In this document: positions 26,643 to 36,032 of the stretch, piece by piece
How positions within the stretch are numbered: position 1 is the first letter of the stretch
Layout of the letters: the number at the start of each line of letters is the position of its first letter
NCBI GenBank assembly: GCA_014239365.1
Contig: JAAZZB010000006.1
Coordinates: 6,307 to 70,306, forward strand
Direction of reading: 5' to 3'
DNA: 64,000 nucleotides
Origin: Verrucomicrobiia bacterium
Lineage (GTDB): Bacteria; Verrucomicrobiota; Verrucomicrobiia; Limisphaerales; UBA1100
Made by a program: the position numbers and the translations under genes
The notes under the pieces: generated by a model
What the model was told of the DNA's origin: nothing
Databases searched by the model: none
What the model saw: only the letters and a program-made list of their open reading frames with translations

Positions 26643-29600
26643 TTAATGGTTAAAAACAAACTCCGCCGAGTTGATGATCGCCCAGATAAAATCTTCGGTG
26701 GCAGTGCGGTGGGCATCTTTTTTATCCTTGATGGTTTCGTAGAATTTTTCGACTTGGGCGCGTTCGGCTTGGGTGGGGCGGCGACTGAGGGTGGCAAGGT
26801 AAACTTCATCGGCGATTTCGGCCACGGTCATTTTACTGTCGGCCAGGCGGCGGGCGCGGCCTTTCTCGTGGGTAATTTTTTTCTGCAACCCGTCACCGTG
26901 CATCAGGTGCAGCGCCTGGACGATGGTGCCGGAGGTGTTGCGTTCGCAGGGCGGATCGCTGCTGGAGTTGGGCCGACCAAAGGCGTCCAGGAATTCGCTG
27001 CTGATTTTGAAATTCCACGTCTCAATCGCCCGTGCGCCGGGCCACGTGGCGCCAAAGCTCGATGGCACACCGGTCACGTCGTTGATAGCGTCCATGAGCA
27101 CCTCGGCGCGAAGGCGGCGCAAATACATCCGCGAAAAATTTAGCGTGTCCGCGATATTAGATTCATTCGGAGTGTGGCTGAGTTGGTATAAACGGCTTTG
27201 CATCACGGTGCGAATGAGCGCCTTTTGATCGAATTTAATTTTGACAAAATGCGTTGCCAGCGCATCGAGCAACGCGGCGTTCATCGCTGGATTGGAAGCG
27301 CGAAGGTCGTCCACCGGATTCACCAAGCCGCGTCCGAAATAAACACCCCAAACCCGGTTCACCATGGCGCGCGCGAAAAATGGATTGTCCGGCCGTATGA
27401 TCCAATCCACCAACGCCGCGCGCGGATCCGCACCAATCGCAACCTGAGCAGGCGGACCGGCCGGCGGCTTGGGCGCTAGGGTTTTACCGGTGACCGGATG
27501 TTTCACACTGCCACTACCTCCGTGATAAAAAAATTCTGTGCCGCCAGAAATAGGCGGCGAAACACCCGAACCCTTGCGCTTCACCTGCGCGAAATAGGCG
27601 GCGAGAGAATAGAAATCCGACTGTGTCCATTTTTCGTTTGGATGATTGTGGCAGCGCGCGCACTCCAGCCGCGTGCCGAGAAAGGCCTGGCTGAAAATTT
27701 TAGCCATCTCGTCGGGTGTGCGCTTGTCACGATAAACGACCGCTGGCCCGAAGCGATGCGTGCTGCCGCTGGCGGTGATCATCGCGCGCGCAAATTGGTC
27801 CATCGGTTGATTGGCACGGAACGCCTCGCGCAGCCATTGGTCCAGAACGTACACACTCTTGAGCCCGGCACGATCCGGGTTGGGGCGCACAAGGTCCGCC
27901 CATTTATTCGCCCAATAATCGCCATACGCGGGATGCTTCAGCAACCGCTCGATGAGGGCGCGCCGTTTGGCGGGCGACTTGGTTTTGTCATCAAGAAATG
28001 TGCGCGCTTCCTCGACCGTCGGCAGCCGGCCAATGGTATCCAGCGAAGCGCGCCGGAGAAATTCCGCGTCCGAACACAACTCGCTAGGCAACAGCCCGAG
28101 CCGCTGAAACTGCGCGTAGGCCAGTTCATCAATAAAATTATTCGCCGGCAGCGCGGCGTATTTTGCCGCCGGAATTTTCTTGGCCGCCGGCACCGTCACG
28201 CGTGCGATGGCGACCTGCCCCATGTACCGCACCACCAACGTGCCTTCGCCGTTCATGCGGCCCACCGTCACGCGCCCGGCCTCGTCCACAACGGCCATCT
28301 CGGTGTCATTGGAAACGAACTTCGTCAGCGCCGTCACGTCGCGGCGACTGTCATTTGAAAAATGCGCGGTGACCTTCAGGTGTTGCGTTTGCCCCATCCG
28401 ATAAATCCGCGCGGCCGGTTCCACGGTCAAGTGCGTGAGCAGCGGTTCGCCTTCGTGTTGATACGCCATGCCATCGCGAATCCATTGCCGCAGCACGCGA
28501 TCAGAATTTGAGCCGGGTTTAATGCGCTGCCCGCCCTCGTGCGGCATGGCGAGGGTGGCTTTTTTTACGATCAGACTTTCCGAAGGGTACGCCGGAAACA
28601 CGCGGCGCCCGTGGGCATCGGCCGTGATTTCGCGCCAGTCCTTATGGGTATCGTAGGCAAACACCGAGAGTTGGAAGCCCTGTTGCCCTCCCGCCTTGGC
28701 GTGGCATGAGCCCGCGCTGCAGCCGGCCTTGCTGAGAATCGGCAGCACGTCCTTGATGAAACTGATTTTGCCGTTCGGTTCAACTGCAGCTTCTGCCTTG
28801 AGCGTGGCGGTGAGGCGATTGTTTTGCCAAATGAACACGTCGCCCGCGTGGTTGCCAGCGACGACCGTCTTGGTATCGACCGAGGTCGCGATGCTGTGCA
28901 GCCTTCCACTTGCGCCGGCAAGTTTGCGTTCCTTTGCCGTGCCCGAGCGTTGCGCGCCGTCGTGGGGTTTGATGTCTGTAAAAATCCGTGCAACTCCATC
29001 CTCGCAAGAGGTCACCAGCGCCTTATCGTCGGGCGTCCAACGCAGCGCCGTCACGCCGCCCTTGTGGTTACGCACTTCTGTCAGCTTTTGTTTCGACTGC
29101 AAATCCCAAACCAACATTTCGTGATCCGCGCTGCCCGTGGCCAACTGCTTGCCGTCGCTCTTAAACGCCACTGCGTACACCGCGCCGTGATGCCCCTCCA
29201 GCGTGACCGTGGCGTTTTGGTCCGCGATACTCCACACCTTTGCCGTTTCGTCCGCACTGGCGGTGGCGATTTGTTTTCCATCCCGGCTCAGCGCGAGCCC
29301 GTAAACCGTGTCTTGGTGCACCTGCCAATTGCTGACCGGTTTGCCATCGGCAACCGACCACATTCGCACGTGTCCGTCGTCCGCCGTGAAGAGGGACGTG
29401 TTGTCCGGTGAAAAAACAATTGCCGTTACGCGACCCGCAAAGCCGGCCAACTCGCGGGCGAGTTTCCATTCCGTATTCCACAAACGCACCGAACGATAGC
29501 CTCCGCTGGCCAGCCATTTGCCATCGGCACTCCACGCTAGCGACTGCACCGCATCGCGATGGCCGGTGAGCGTGGCAATGCGTTTGTTTTTGGCCGTGAG

Positions 29601-30071
29601 ATCGTGAATGAAAATCGTGTTGGCCCGCGCCAGCGCCAGTCGTTTACCATCGGGGGCCAGTGCCACGGCCAGTGCCGGGGTGTAACTGGGGGGTAATTTG
29701 CTAAGCTTCGCGGGAGCTGGACGCGGTTTATCCTTCAACGCAGCGGCGTCCCACGGGGCGCCGGCATTTACCCAACTCTCCAGCATGCCAATCGCCCGCG
29801 GCGTCAGCTGCCCCTTCGGCGGCATGTGCGGATCCGAGCCGGTTTGGATGACTTGGATGAGCCGACTGGCCGGGGCCTTGCCGGGAATAACCGCCTTGCC
29901 CTCATCGCTGCCGCGCAATAATCCCGCACGCGTGGTGAGGTCCAGCCCGCCTTTTTCCTTGTCCGGATTATGGCACGCAAAGCAATTTGCCTTCAGCAAC
30001 ATCATCGCCTCCGGCGTGCCGGCAAACGCGGACGCCGCCAACAACACGCTAATGAAAATAGACCTTAGCAT
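26643..30071 (-). CDS. Cytochrome-c (PSCyt1) / WD40 / DUF1549 (PSCyt2) / DUF1553 (PSD1) fusion protein
   Basis: Signal peptide from the ATG at 30071. CFACH heme motif (nt 29970-29984). About 6 WD40 blades (GHRDAVQSLAWSADG..., VWD). CARCHNHPNEKW DUF1549 motif. DUF1553-like C-terminus ending AIINSAEFVFNH. Confidence 0.85.
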   Translation of the reverse strand: MLRSIFISVLLAASAFAGTPEAMMLLKANCFACHNPDKEKGGLDLTTRAGLLRGSDEGKAVIPGKAPASRLIQVIQTGSDPHMPPKGQLTPRAIGMLESWVNAGAPWDAAALKDKPRPAPAKLSKLPPSYTPALAVALAPDGKRLALARANTIFIHDLTAKNKRIATLTGHRDAVQSLAWSADGKWLASGGYRSVRLWNTEWKLARELAGFAGRVTAIVFSPDNTSLFTADDGHVRMWSVADGKPVSNWQVHQDTVYGLALSRDGKQIATASADETAKVWSIADQNATVTLEGHHGAVYAVAFKSDGKQLATGSADHEMLVWDLQSKQKLTEVRNHKGGVTALRWTPDDKALVTSCEDGVARIFTDIKPHDGAQRSGTAKERKLAGASGRLHSIATSVDTKTVVAGNHAGDVFIWQNNRLTATLKAEAAVEPNGKISFIKDVLPILSKAGCSAGSCHAKAGGQQGFQLSVFAYDTHKDWREITADAHGRRVFPAYPSESLIVKKATLAMPHEGGQRIKPGSNSDRVLRQWIRDGMAYQHEGEPLLTHLTVEPAARIYRMGQTQHLKVTAHFSNDSRRDVTALTKFVSNDTEMAVVDEAGRVTVGRMNGEGTLVVRYMGQVAIARVTVPAAKKIPAAKYAALPANNFIDELAYAQFQRLGLLPSELCSDAEFLRRASLDTIGRLPTVEEARTFLDDKTKSPAKRRALIERLLKHPAYGDYWANKWADLVRPNPDRAGLKSVYVLDQWLREAFRANQPMDQFARAMITASGSTHRFGPAVVYRDKRTPDEMAKIFSQAFLGTRLECARCHNHPNEKWTQSDFYSLAAYFAQVKRKGSGVSPPISGGTEFFYHGGSGSVKHPVTGKTLAPKPPAGPPAQVAIGADPRAALVDWIIRPDNPFFARAMVNRVWGVYFGRGLVNPVDDLRASNPAMNAALLDALATHFVKIKFDQKALIRTVMQSRLYQLSHTPNESNIADTLNFSRMYLRRLRAEVLMDAINDVTGVPSSFGATWPGARAIETWNFKISSEFLDAFGRPNSSSDPPCERNTSGTIVQALHLMHGDGLQKKITHEKGRARRLADSKMTVAEIADEVYLATLSRRPTQAERAQVEKFYETIKDKKDAHRTATEDFIWAIINSAEFVFNH

Positions 30072-30141
30072 TTTCCTACCACAAAGACACAGGGGACACA
30101 GAGATTGTTCAATGTTTTTGCAAGGATGCAGCAATCCGACT

Positions 30142-31899
30142 TTATCGGCGCCCCCCCATCCGCCGAAGCATCAACAACCGAAACTCCAGCGCCTCGTCGC
30201 CGGGAATTTTCAGCGCGCGCAGCGTGAGCTCGCCTTTGCCTTTTTTCAATGCAATCACGCCCATGTTTACCGCCTTAAAATCCTTCACGTACGATTCCGC
30301 GCGCGGCACGCGATCGTGTTCCTGCCCGCGCGCGGGAGCTTCGTGCGGCTGCGCAATCGTGTGGCGCAGACGGTTGCCGTTGTGGCTTAGCTCCAGCACC
30401 GCGCCTTCGCTGCCCTTGGGCACGGCGTAGTGCAGCGTCACTTCAAACCGTCCATCAGCGCCCACCTCCGCGAGCCACGTGAGTTGATCATCGAGCTTTG
30501 TCCAGTTTGTAAAATAAGTGCAATTGGGAAAACGATTGGATCGCTTGAGGCCGCCGTGGGCGGTGGCGTCGCGCGCGGGGATTTGGGTCCATTCAAAATC
30601 CGGATGGCCAATCACGAAGGGTCGTGTGTCCTCGCCCAATTCCACCGCCACAGTTTTTTTCCAACGCGCCACCTCCTCGCGCAATCGAGTGGCGAGGGCC
30701 GGATTGGTTTTGCTGATGTCAATACGTTGGCCGGGGTCAGCCGTCATATCAAAAAGTTTCCCCGTGTGATCCAGCCGATGCGTTTGTGTGCGCGCGCTCA
30801 CGCGGCCTTTCCAGTGCGAAAAAATGATGCGCTCCGGCCATCGCCCTTTCTGCCCAAGCAACAAAGGCTTGAGGCTGCGGCCATCGAGGGGCTTTTTGCT
30901 GGCGACCGGAATGCCCGCGCAATCGGCCAGCGTCGGCAACAAATCCAGCACGGCGGCGATGGGCTTGATGCGGGTGGCCTTCGGAATGGCTTTGGGCCAG
31001 CGCACGAGCAATGGCGATCGCACGCCGCCTTCGTCAGTGGAGCCTTTGCGGCCTTTCATTCCACCGTTCCAACGCCAGCCATTCGGACCGTTATCGTGGA
31101 AGAAGACCACGATGGTGTCGTCGGCAATTTTTAGTGCATCGAGTTTTTTGAGAATGCGGCCCACGTTCCAGTCGATATTTTCGCACATCGCCAGAGCGCA
31201 ACGCAGATGCGGCGGATTTTCCCGCTTGGCATCGCGAAAGTGCATTGCGATTTTTTTGTCTTTGAATTTATCCCACCAACGATCCGGCACTTGCATCGGG
31301 CTGTGCGGTGTGTTGTACGGCAAATAGGCAAAGAATGGTTTTCCGTCCGTGTTAGCTTTTTCCATAAACGCCATCGCTTTGTTTGTGAAGTCGTCGATGC
31401 AAAATCCTTTGCCCTGCACCAATTGCCCATTGCGCTCCAGCGGCGGGCTGAAATAATTGCCCCAGTGGCCGGAGCAAAACCCATAAAATTCGTCAAAGCC
31501 GCGGCCATTCGGGTGATACGGATATTGCATTCCATTGTGCCATTTGCCGAAAGCACCGGTCGCATAACCGGCGGCCTTGAAGGTGTCGGCGATGGTTTGC
31601 TCATCAAGATCCAACCGCTCGCCGCCGGCGGAAGTGCTGTAAACGCCGCCGCGCACGTGATAACGACCGGTCAAAAATTCAGCGCGCGTGGGTGAGCAAA
31701 CGGGGCAAACAAAAAAGCGATCAACGCTCGCGCCATCGCGGGCAAGCGAATCGATGTTTGGCGTTGAGAGATTTTTGTTTCCGCTCAAGCTCAAGTCGCC
31801 CCAGCCTTGGTCGTCGGTGAGGATGACCACAATGTTGGGCGGGTTCGCGGAAGCCAATCCACAGAGGAAAAATGAAAGAAAAAGAATGGTGCGTTTCAC
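30142..31899 (-). CDS. Sulfatase (formylglycine-dependent) with C-terminal extension
   Basis: [33 protein letters not shown]. About 130 extra aa at the C-terminus. Confidence 0.9.
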   Translation of the reverse strand: MKRTILFLSFFLCGLASANPPNIVVILTDDQGWGDLSLSGNKNLSTPNIDSLARDGASVDRFFVCPVCSPTRAEFLTGRYHVRGGVYSTSAGGERLDLDEQTIADTFKAAGYATGAFGKWHNGMQYPYHPNGRGFDEFYGFCSGHWGNYFSPPLERNGQLVQGKGFCIDDFTNKAMAFMEKANTDGKPFFAYLPYNTPHSPMQVPDRWWDKFKDKKIAMHFRDAKRENPPHLRCALAMCENIDWNVGRILKKLDALKIADDTIVVFFHDNGPNGWRWNGGMKGRKGSTDEGGVRSPLLVRWPKAIPKATRIKPIAAVLDLLPTLADCAGIPVASKKPLDGRSLKPLLLGQKGRWPERIIFSHWKGRVSARTQTHRLDHTGKLFDMTADPGQRIDISKTNPALATRLREEVARWKKTVAVELGEDTRPFVIGHPDFEWTQIPARDATAHGGLKRSNRFPNCTYFTNWTKLDDQLTWLAEVGADGRFEVTLHYAVPKGSEGAVLELSHNGNRLRHTIAQPHEAPARGQEHDRVPRAESYVKDFKAVNMGVIALKKGKGELTLRALKIPGDEALEFRLLMLRRMGGRR

Positions 31900-31953
31900 G
31901 CGCCAAGAGTCGCGCAGGAATCACAAAGGAGCAAAGAAAAAGGCAAAGGAAAA

Positions 31954-32652
31954 TTACTGATTATCCCAGAGCGCTCGGGCATCGCCGGCTTCGTGTTGGA
32001 AACCGATGTGACTCACCGGTAGCCGCCCGGCATTGCCATCGGCAAAGATGGTGCTGGCGCGGCCGCGATGGCGATTGATCATTCGCACCGGGGCTTGCTT
32101 GGATGGCTTCCACGAGGGAGCCGTGGGCACTGCGAAACGCGCGCGCGTGGAGTTGTCCATTTTACTGGAAACATCTTCGCGCCACAAATCGGGGTTCGTC
32201 TCATCGGAGTTCGCCACGGGCCCGGCATCGCCGATCACCACCGTTTGCGCTGGCTTCAGCACCTGCCCGATTGTGATGCCGCGACTGGCGAGCAGGCGAT
32301 TGTACGCTAAACCACCGTGCGTGCCCGTGCGGCATTCGGGACAATGCCACGGTTGATGTTCATCGGAATACTTGCCCAGCAATTCGGTCCACAACAATTT
32401 GCCCGATGATTTTTTTTTAACTTTGCCCGGGCGCGGCTGGCTGAAGGGCACGAGCCGCCCTTCGTTATCCTGCGAGTACTGGAGAAACGCTTCGCCCAAC
32501 GCGCGGCAATTATCGAGGCATTGCGTGGCGGCCGCTTGAGTGCGCGCTTTGAGAATTGAAGGAATAATCAGCCCGGCCAGCAGTCCGACCACTGTTAAAA
32601 CAATAACCAATTCCACCATGGTAAATCCATGGCGCGCACGGGAGGTTGGCAT
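31954..32652 (-). CDS. Prepilin-type N-terminal cleavage/methylation protein with DUF1559 (H-X9-DG) domain
   Basis: Leader MPTSRARHG followed by the cleavage motif G|FTMVELVIVLTVVGLL. C-terminal HRGRASTIFADGNAG. Confidence 0.85.
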   Translation of the reverse strand: MPTSRARHGFTMVELVIVLTVVGLLAGLIIPSILKARTQAAATQCLDNCRALGEAFLQYSQDNEGRLVPFSQPRPGKVKKKSSGKLLWTELLGKYSDEHQPWHCPECRTGTHGGLAYNRLLASRGITIGQVLKPAQTVVIGDAGPVANSDETNPDLWREDVSSKMDNSTRARFAVPTAPSWKPSKQAPVRMINRHRGRASTIFADGNAGRLPVSHIGFQHEAGDARALWDNQ

Positions 32653-32811
32653 GCAGCGCAGGCTGGGTGGCATTGGGAAAAGCGTACATCACTATTTTAG
32701 TTAGTCAACCCTAACGATTCAAGTTAGTGAAAAAATCCTGCCAATTCCGATGAATTTTGGCAGATTCAAGATGAAACACGCTTTTTGGACCCAATTGAAA
32801 ATGAGGAGAAA

Positions 32812-33591
32812 CTAGTCTTCTTCTTTTTCAATCTTGATCTCCAGCCCCGGCATCACCCTTGGCATCAGCCAATTGCTTACTTTGCCCACCATTGCGGGGA
32901 GCGCATCGGGATCAGTTTCGGCATCGAAAACGTGGTCGCAGTTTTCGATCACAAAAAGTTCCTTCGGATCATTCGCTTGCTCGAACAGCTCGCGCGATTC
33001 CTCAATCGGCACCACATCATCCGCCGTGCCGTGCACCATTAACCACGGCACCTTCACGCTGGCGGCAAGACCGACGACTGTGCCCACGCTGTTCATGTCA
33101 TCCACAAACGATTGCGAAAGCGGGCAGTCCTCTTTGCCCCACATGTGGCCGGTGCCCGGTGTTTCATCACCAAATTCGGTCTCCGCAAATTTCTTGGTGT
33201 GTACCATGCCGGCCAGCGACACGAGCAACTCAATGCGCTCATCCGCGACCGCGCGTTTGACGCCCACCGCGCCGCCGAGGCTGTGGCCCACGTACGCGAT
33301 CTGCCGACCTTGCGCGTGCAGCGCGTCGATCACTGCGCCGAGATCCTCCACCTCTTTGGTGATGCACGAATCTTCAAAGCGTCCCTCGGAACCGCCATTG
33401 CCGGAAAAAGAAAAACGCAGTGCCGAAATGCCCGCCATCGCGAGGCTCGCCGCCAACGCGGTCACAAAAGGGCGATCCATGTTCGCCGTCACACCATGGC
33501 CAATGACCACGGTGAACGGGCTGTGAGATTTTGCTGCGTGAAAAGCGTAGTCCAGCCGCTCTCCCTGCGCGTTGCGAATTTCCGCGTCCAT
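32812..33591 (-). CDS. Alpha/beta-fold hydrolase
   Basis: Nucleophile elbow GHSLGG, plus downstream D and H (HGTADDVV, CDHVF). Confidence 0.8.
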   Translation of the reverse strand: MDAEIRNAQGERLDYAFHAAKSHSPFTVVIGHGVTANMDRPFVTALAASLAMAGISALRFSFSGNGGSEGRFEDSCITKEVEDLGAVIDALHAQGRQIAYVGHSLGGAVGVKRAVADERIELLVSLAGMVHTKKFAETEFGDETPGTGHMWGKEDCPLSQSFVDDMNSVGTVVGLAASVKVPWLMVHGTADDVVPIEESRELFEQANDPKELFVIENCDHVFDAETDPDALPAMVGKVSNWLMPRVMPGLEIKIEKEED

Positions 33592-33610
33592 CGGCGCGGG
33601 TTATATAAAA

Positions 33611-34357
33611 CTATCCGCTGTTTTGCGAGTTTATTCGGGCAACCTTCCAACGGGTGGCGGCCATCAAATCCCAACGGCGCGTCATGCGATCGGAGCAAGC
33701 AAAGTTGAGCCGTGCCATTTCGAGTTCCCAATCCGGTAACCGCCTCGCCTCGAGACGCGTCGCGAGACGGAAGAAAAAATACATCACCGCCAGGCATCCC
33801 CGCGCATGCCACGCCGGCCAACCGCGCGAGGGTTGGCCGAATTCCGCCACCAACCATTGCCCCTCCGGGCGCACGCTAGCCGCCATTCGCGGCATCAAAT
33901 CAGCCAGCGTTTTCTCGGAAAAACAATCGAGAAAAAAACATGTCACCACCGCATCAAATTCAGCCTTCGGAAAATCCAATTCTCGCGCATCCGCGTGATG
34001 AAACGTCACCGTTGCTCCAGCAGGCAAACGCGCTTCCGCGCGGGCAATCATTGCCGCGCTTGCCTCCACGCAATCCACCTGAAGTTTTGGAAATCGCCGC
34101 ACCAATTCCGCCACAAACCGGCCATCGCCCTCGCCCACTGTGAGCACCCGCTTCGCATCCGCCAGCCACGGCAATAAATCAAACCGACACCGCAACAGCC
34201 CCCGCCCAAACGCCGCATACTCCAGCCACCGATACGGCCGCGCGAGGCGGTCAAACGTGCTGCCGGCATCTTGCCGGCAGATCGGGGACGCAACTTCTGC
34301 CGGCAAGATGCCAGCAGCACGAGATGCCACCCTTTCAATTTGTTGCGTCCGTTCCAT
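33611..34357 (-). CDS. Class I SAM-dependent methyltransferase
   Basis: Motif I VLTVGEGDGRF and an acidic motif II (VDCVEAS). Confidence 0.75.
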   Translation of the reverse strand: MERTQQIERVASRAAGILPAEVASPICRQDAGSTFDRLARPYRWLEYAAFGRGLLRCRFDLLPWLADAKRVLTVGEGDGRFVAELVRRFPKLQVDCVEASAAMIARAEARLPAGATVTFHHADARELDFPKAEFDAVVTCFFLDCFSEKTLADLMPRMAASVRPEGQWLVAEFGQPSRGWPAWHARGCLAVMYFFFRLATRLEARRLPDWELEMARLNFACSDRMTRRWDLMAATRWKVARINSQNSG

Positions 34358-34360
34358 GTT

Positions 34361-35263
34361 TCAAATCAACACCAACAACGGCGTTAGCAAAATTGCATCC
34401 GCCCACACCCGCCGGGCTTCCGCCGAACACCATTTCGGATGGCGCGCCAATTCCAGCAACGCCAACGCGCTCGCCGCCAAGGCCAGCGCCAAAGGCAACC
34501 ACCGATCGTCCAACACCGCCGCGCCCAAAACTAAACCCACCAAACCCAACGCCATTATCGGCAAGGCGCGTTCCATCCCCGCCCAGCGCCGCGCCAGTGA
34601 AGGCTGCGCCATCGCCGCATCGCACTTGCGATCCCACCCGGCAATTAGCAAGCAATTCATCACGCACAAACCGCCCCAAGCGAGCGCCACCAAAACGAAC
34701 GGCAAAGTGATTTGCAAATTTAGTGTTACAAAAAAAAGTGTGCCCGCTGCAAACGCCCCGCCCGCCATCAGTTCCTTCCAACGCCCCGCCCGCTCGCGGG
34801 AGGTTTGCAAATGATGCAGCAAAAAATAAACGCCCAATCCCGCCAATAACACCCCCCCCGCCAGCACGGTGCGCATCGGCAGTTGCAAAGCCAATGCCGA
34901 TGCCAACACGACACCGATGCACCACGCCACGGCCAGTGATCCGGCGTGGTCGCGCGCGAAGGCGTGCCGCGCAGAATCCAGCGGCCCATCCGGCAGCCGC
35001 CGCGCATCCAGCAAACGATCGCCGCAATACGCCAGCCAAACGCACACTGCCAGCAACGCGCGTTCTGCCACGCCCAACTCCACGGCCAACACGCGCGCGA
35101 ATGCCTCTTGCCACACGAGCGCCACGCACGGCGCGTCGAGGCTCAGCACATTAGGCCACAGCCACCACGCGCGCGGCGGTGCTTCGGTCAACGGGATGGC
35201 GGAGATTGCCGGTTTCATTGGGCGGGCAGGATTGCAGATTTTTTGGAAAGTCCCAATGACCAA
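34361..35263 (-). CDS. UbiA-superfamily-like polytopic membrane protein (putative prenyltransferase)
   Basis: About 8 TM segments and two Asp-rich motifs spaced as in UbiA enzymes (YCGDRLLD and GWDRKCD). The call is tentative. An alternative start is at 35218. Confidence 0.5.
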   Translation of the reverse strand: MVIGTFQKICNPARPMKPAISAIPLTEAPPRAWWLWPNVLSLDAPCVALVWQEAFARVLAVELGVAERALLAVCVWLAYCGDRLLDARRLPDGPLDSARHAFARDHAGSLAVAWCIGVVLASALALQLPMRTVLAGGVLLAGLGVYFLLHHLQTSRERAGRWKELMAGGAFAAGTLFFVTLNLQITLPFVLVALAWGGLCVMNCLLIAGWDRKCDAAMAQPSLARRWAGMERALPIMALGLVGLVLGAAVLDDRWLPLALALAASALALLELARHPKWCSAEARRVWADAILLTPLLVLI

Positions 35264-35558
35264 TCAGAAGGAGGGGGAATGGAGAGCCAAAAAAACGACG
35301 CCCCCCGAAGGGGACGCCGCTACTTTTGCACAACCCAATTGCACACGGAACCTCAACCGTGCGGGAAGACATAGCGCCCTCCATATATATATTCGCTAAA
35401 CGGAGGCCATTTCTTTCAAAAATTTTCATTTATTTTCACACGGCCACAGGCTGTTTTTGCCAAAAAACCACTAAACCTGCCCGTATTGGCAAGTTTTTTG
35501 CGAATACCGGCCTTTTTCGGGTTGATGTAGTTTTTGAAAAAAAATAGACTTTCGCGTG

Positions 35559-36032
35559 ATGAACGAAAATGAAACCGGCTGTTGCCCCCGTTTTGACCCC
35601 GCGCCGTGGGACAATCAAATCCTCGAGTGGGAAGGCAAACCCTTCGTGCGCGACACGGTGCGCTGCCTGTTTCACATCCCGCTAAACTTCGGCGGCGTGA
35701 TGGTGCGCAACATGGAACGCATCGAGGCGGCGGGGGTGAAGGATCCGAATGTGATCGTGCTGTCGGACGAATGTTCGTTGTGGAAATCGGTGGTGTACAT
35801 TTCCGTGACCGACGATTTGCCCGGCGCGGATAATGTGAAATTGAGCGGACGGTTTATGGCGCGCGTTTTCGAAGGGCACTATCGCCACGCCGGCAAATGG
35901 GCGAAGGAGATGACCGCGCACGTGGCCGAAAAAAACGAGACGCTCAAGCGGCAATTATTTTATTACACCACCTGCCCCAAGTGCGCCGAGGCGTACGGGA
36001 AAAATTACGTCGTGCTGCTGGCCGAGATTTAA
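35559..36032 (+). CDS. Conserved hypothetical Cys-containing protein (GCCPRFDP ... CPKC)
   Basis: Clean 157-aa ORF with N-terminal CC and C-terminal CxxC motifs. No assignable family. Confidence 0.6.
   Translation: MNENETGCCPRFDPAPWDNQILEWEGKPFVRDTVRCLFHIPLNFGGVMVRNMERIEAAGVKDPNVIVLSDECSLWKSVVYISVTDDLPGADNVKLSGRFMARVFEGHYRHAGKWAKEMTAHVAEKNETLKRQLFYYTTCPKCAEAYGKNYVVLLAEI

Noticed and set aside
35264-35555. The 290-nt divergent intergenic region examined for a riboswitch, sRNA or tRNA.
   Set aside because: It has only weak short GC stems and a CCAATGACC-type repeat fragment. I could recognise no cloverleaf or known riboswitch core by eye.
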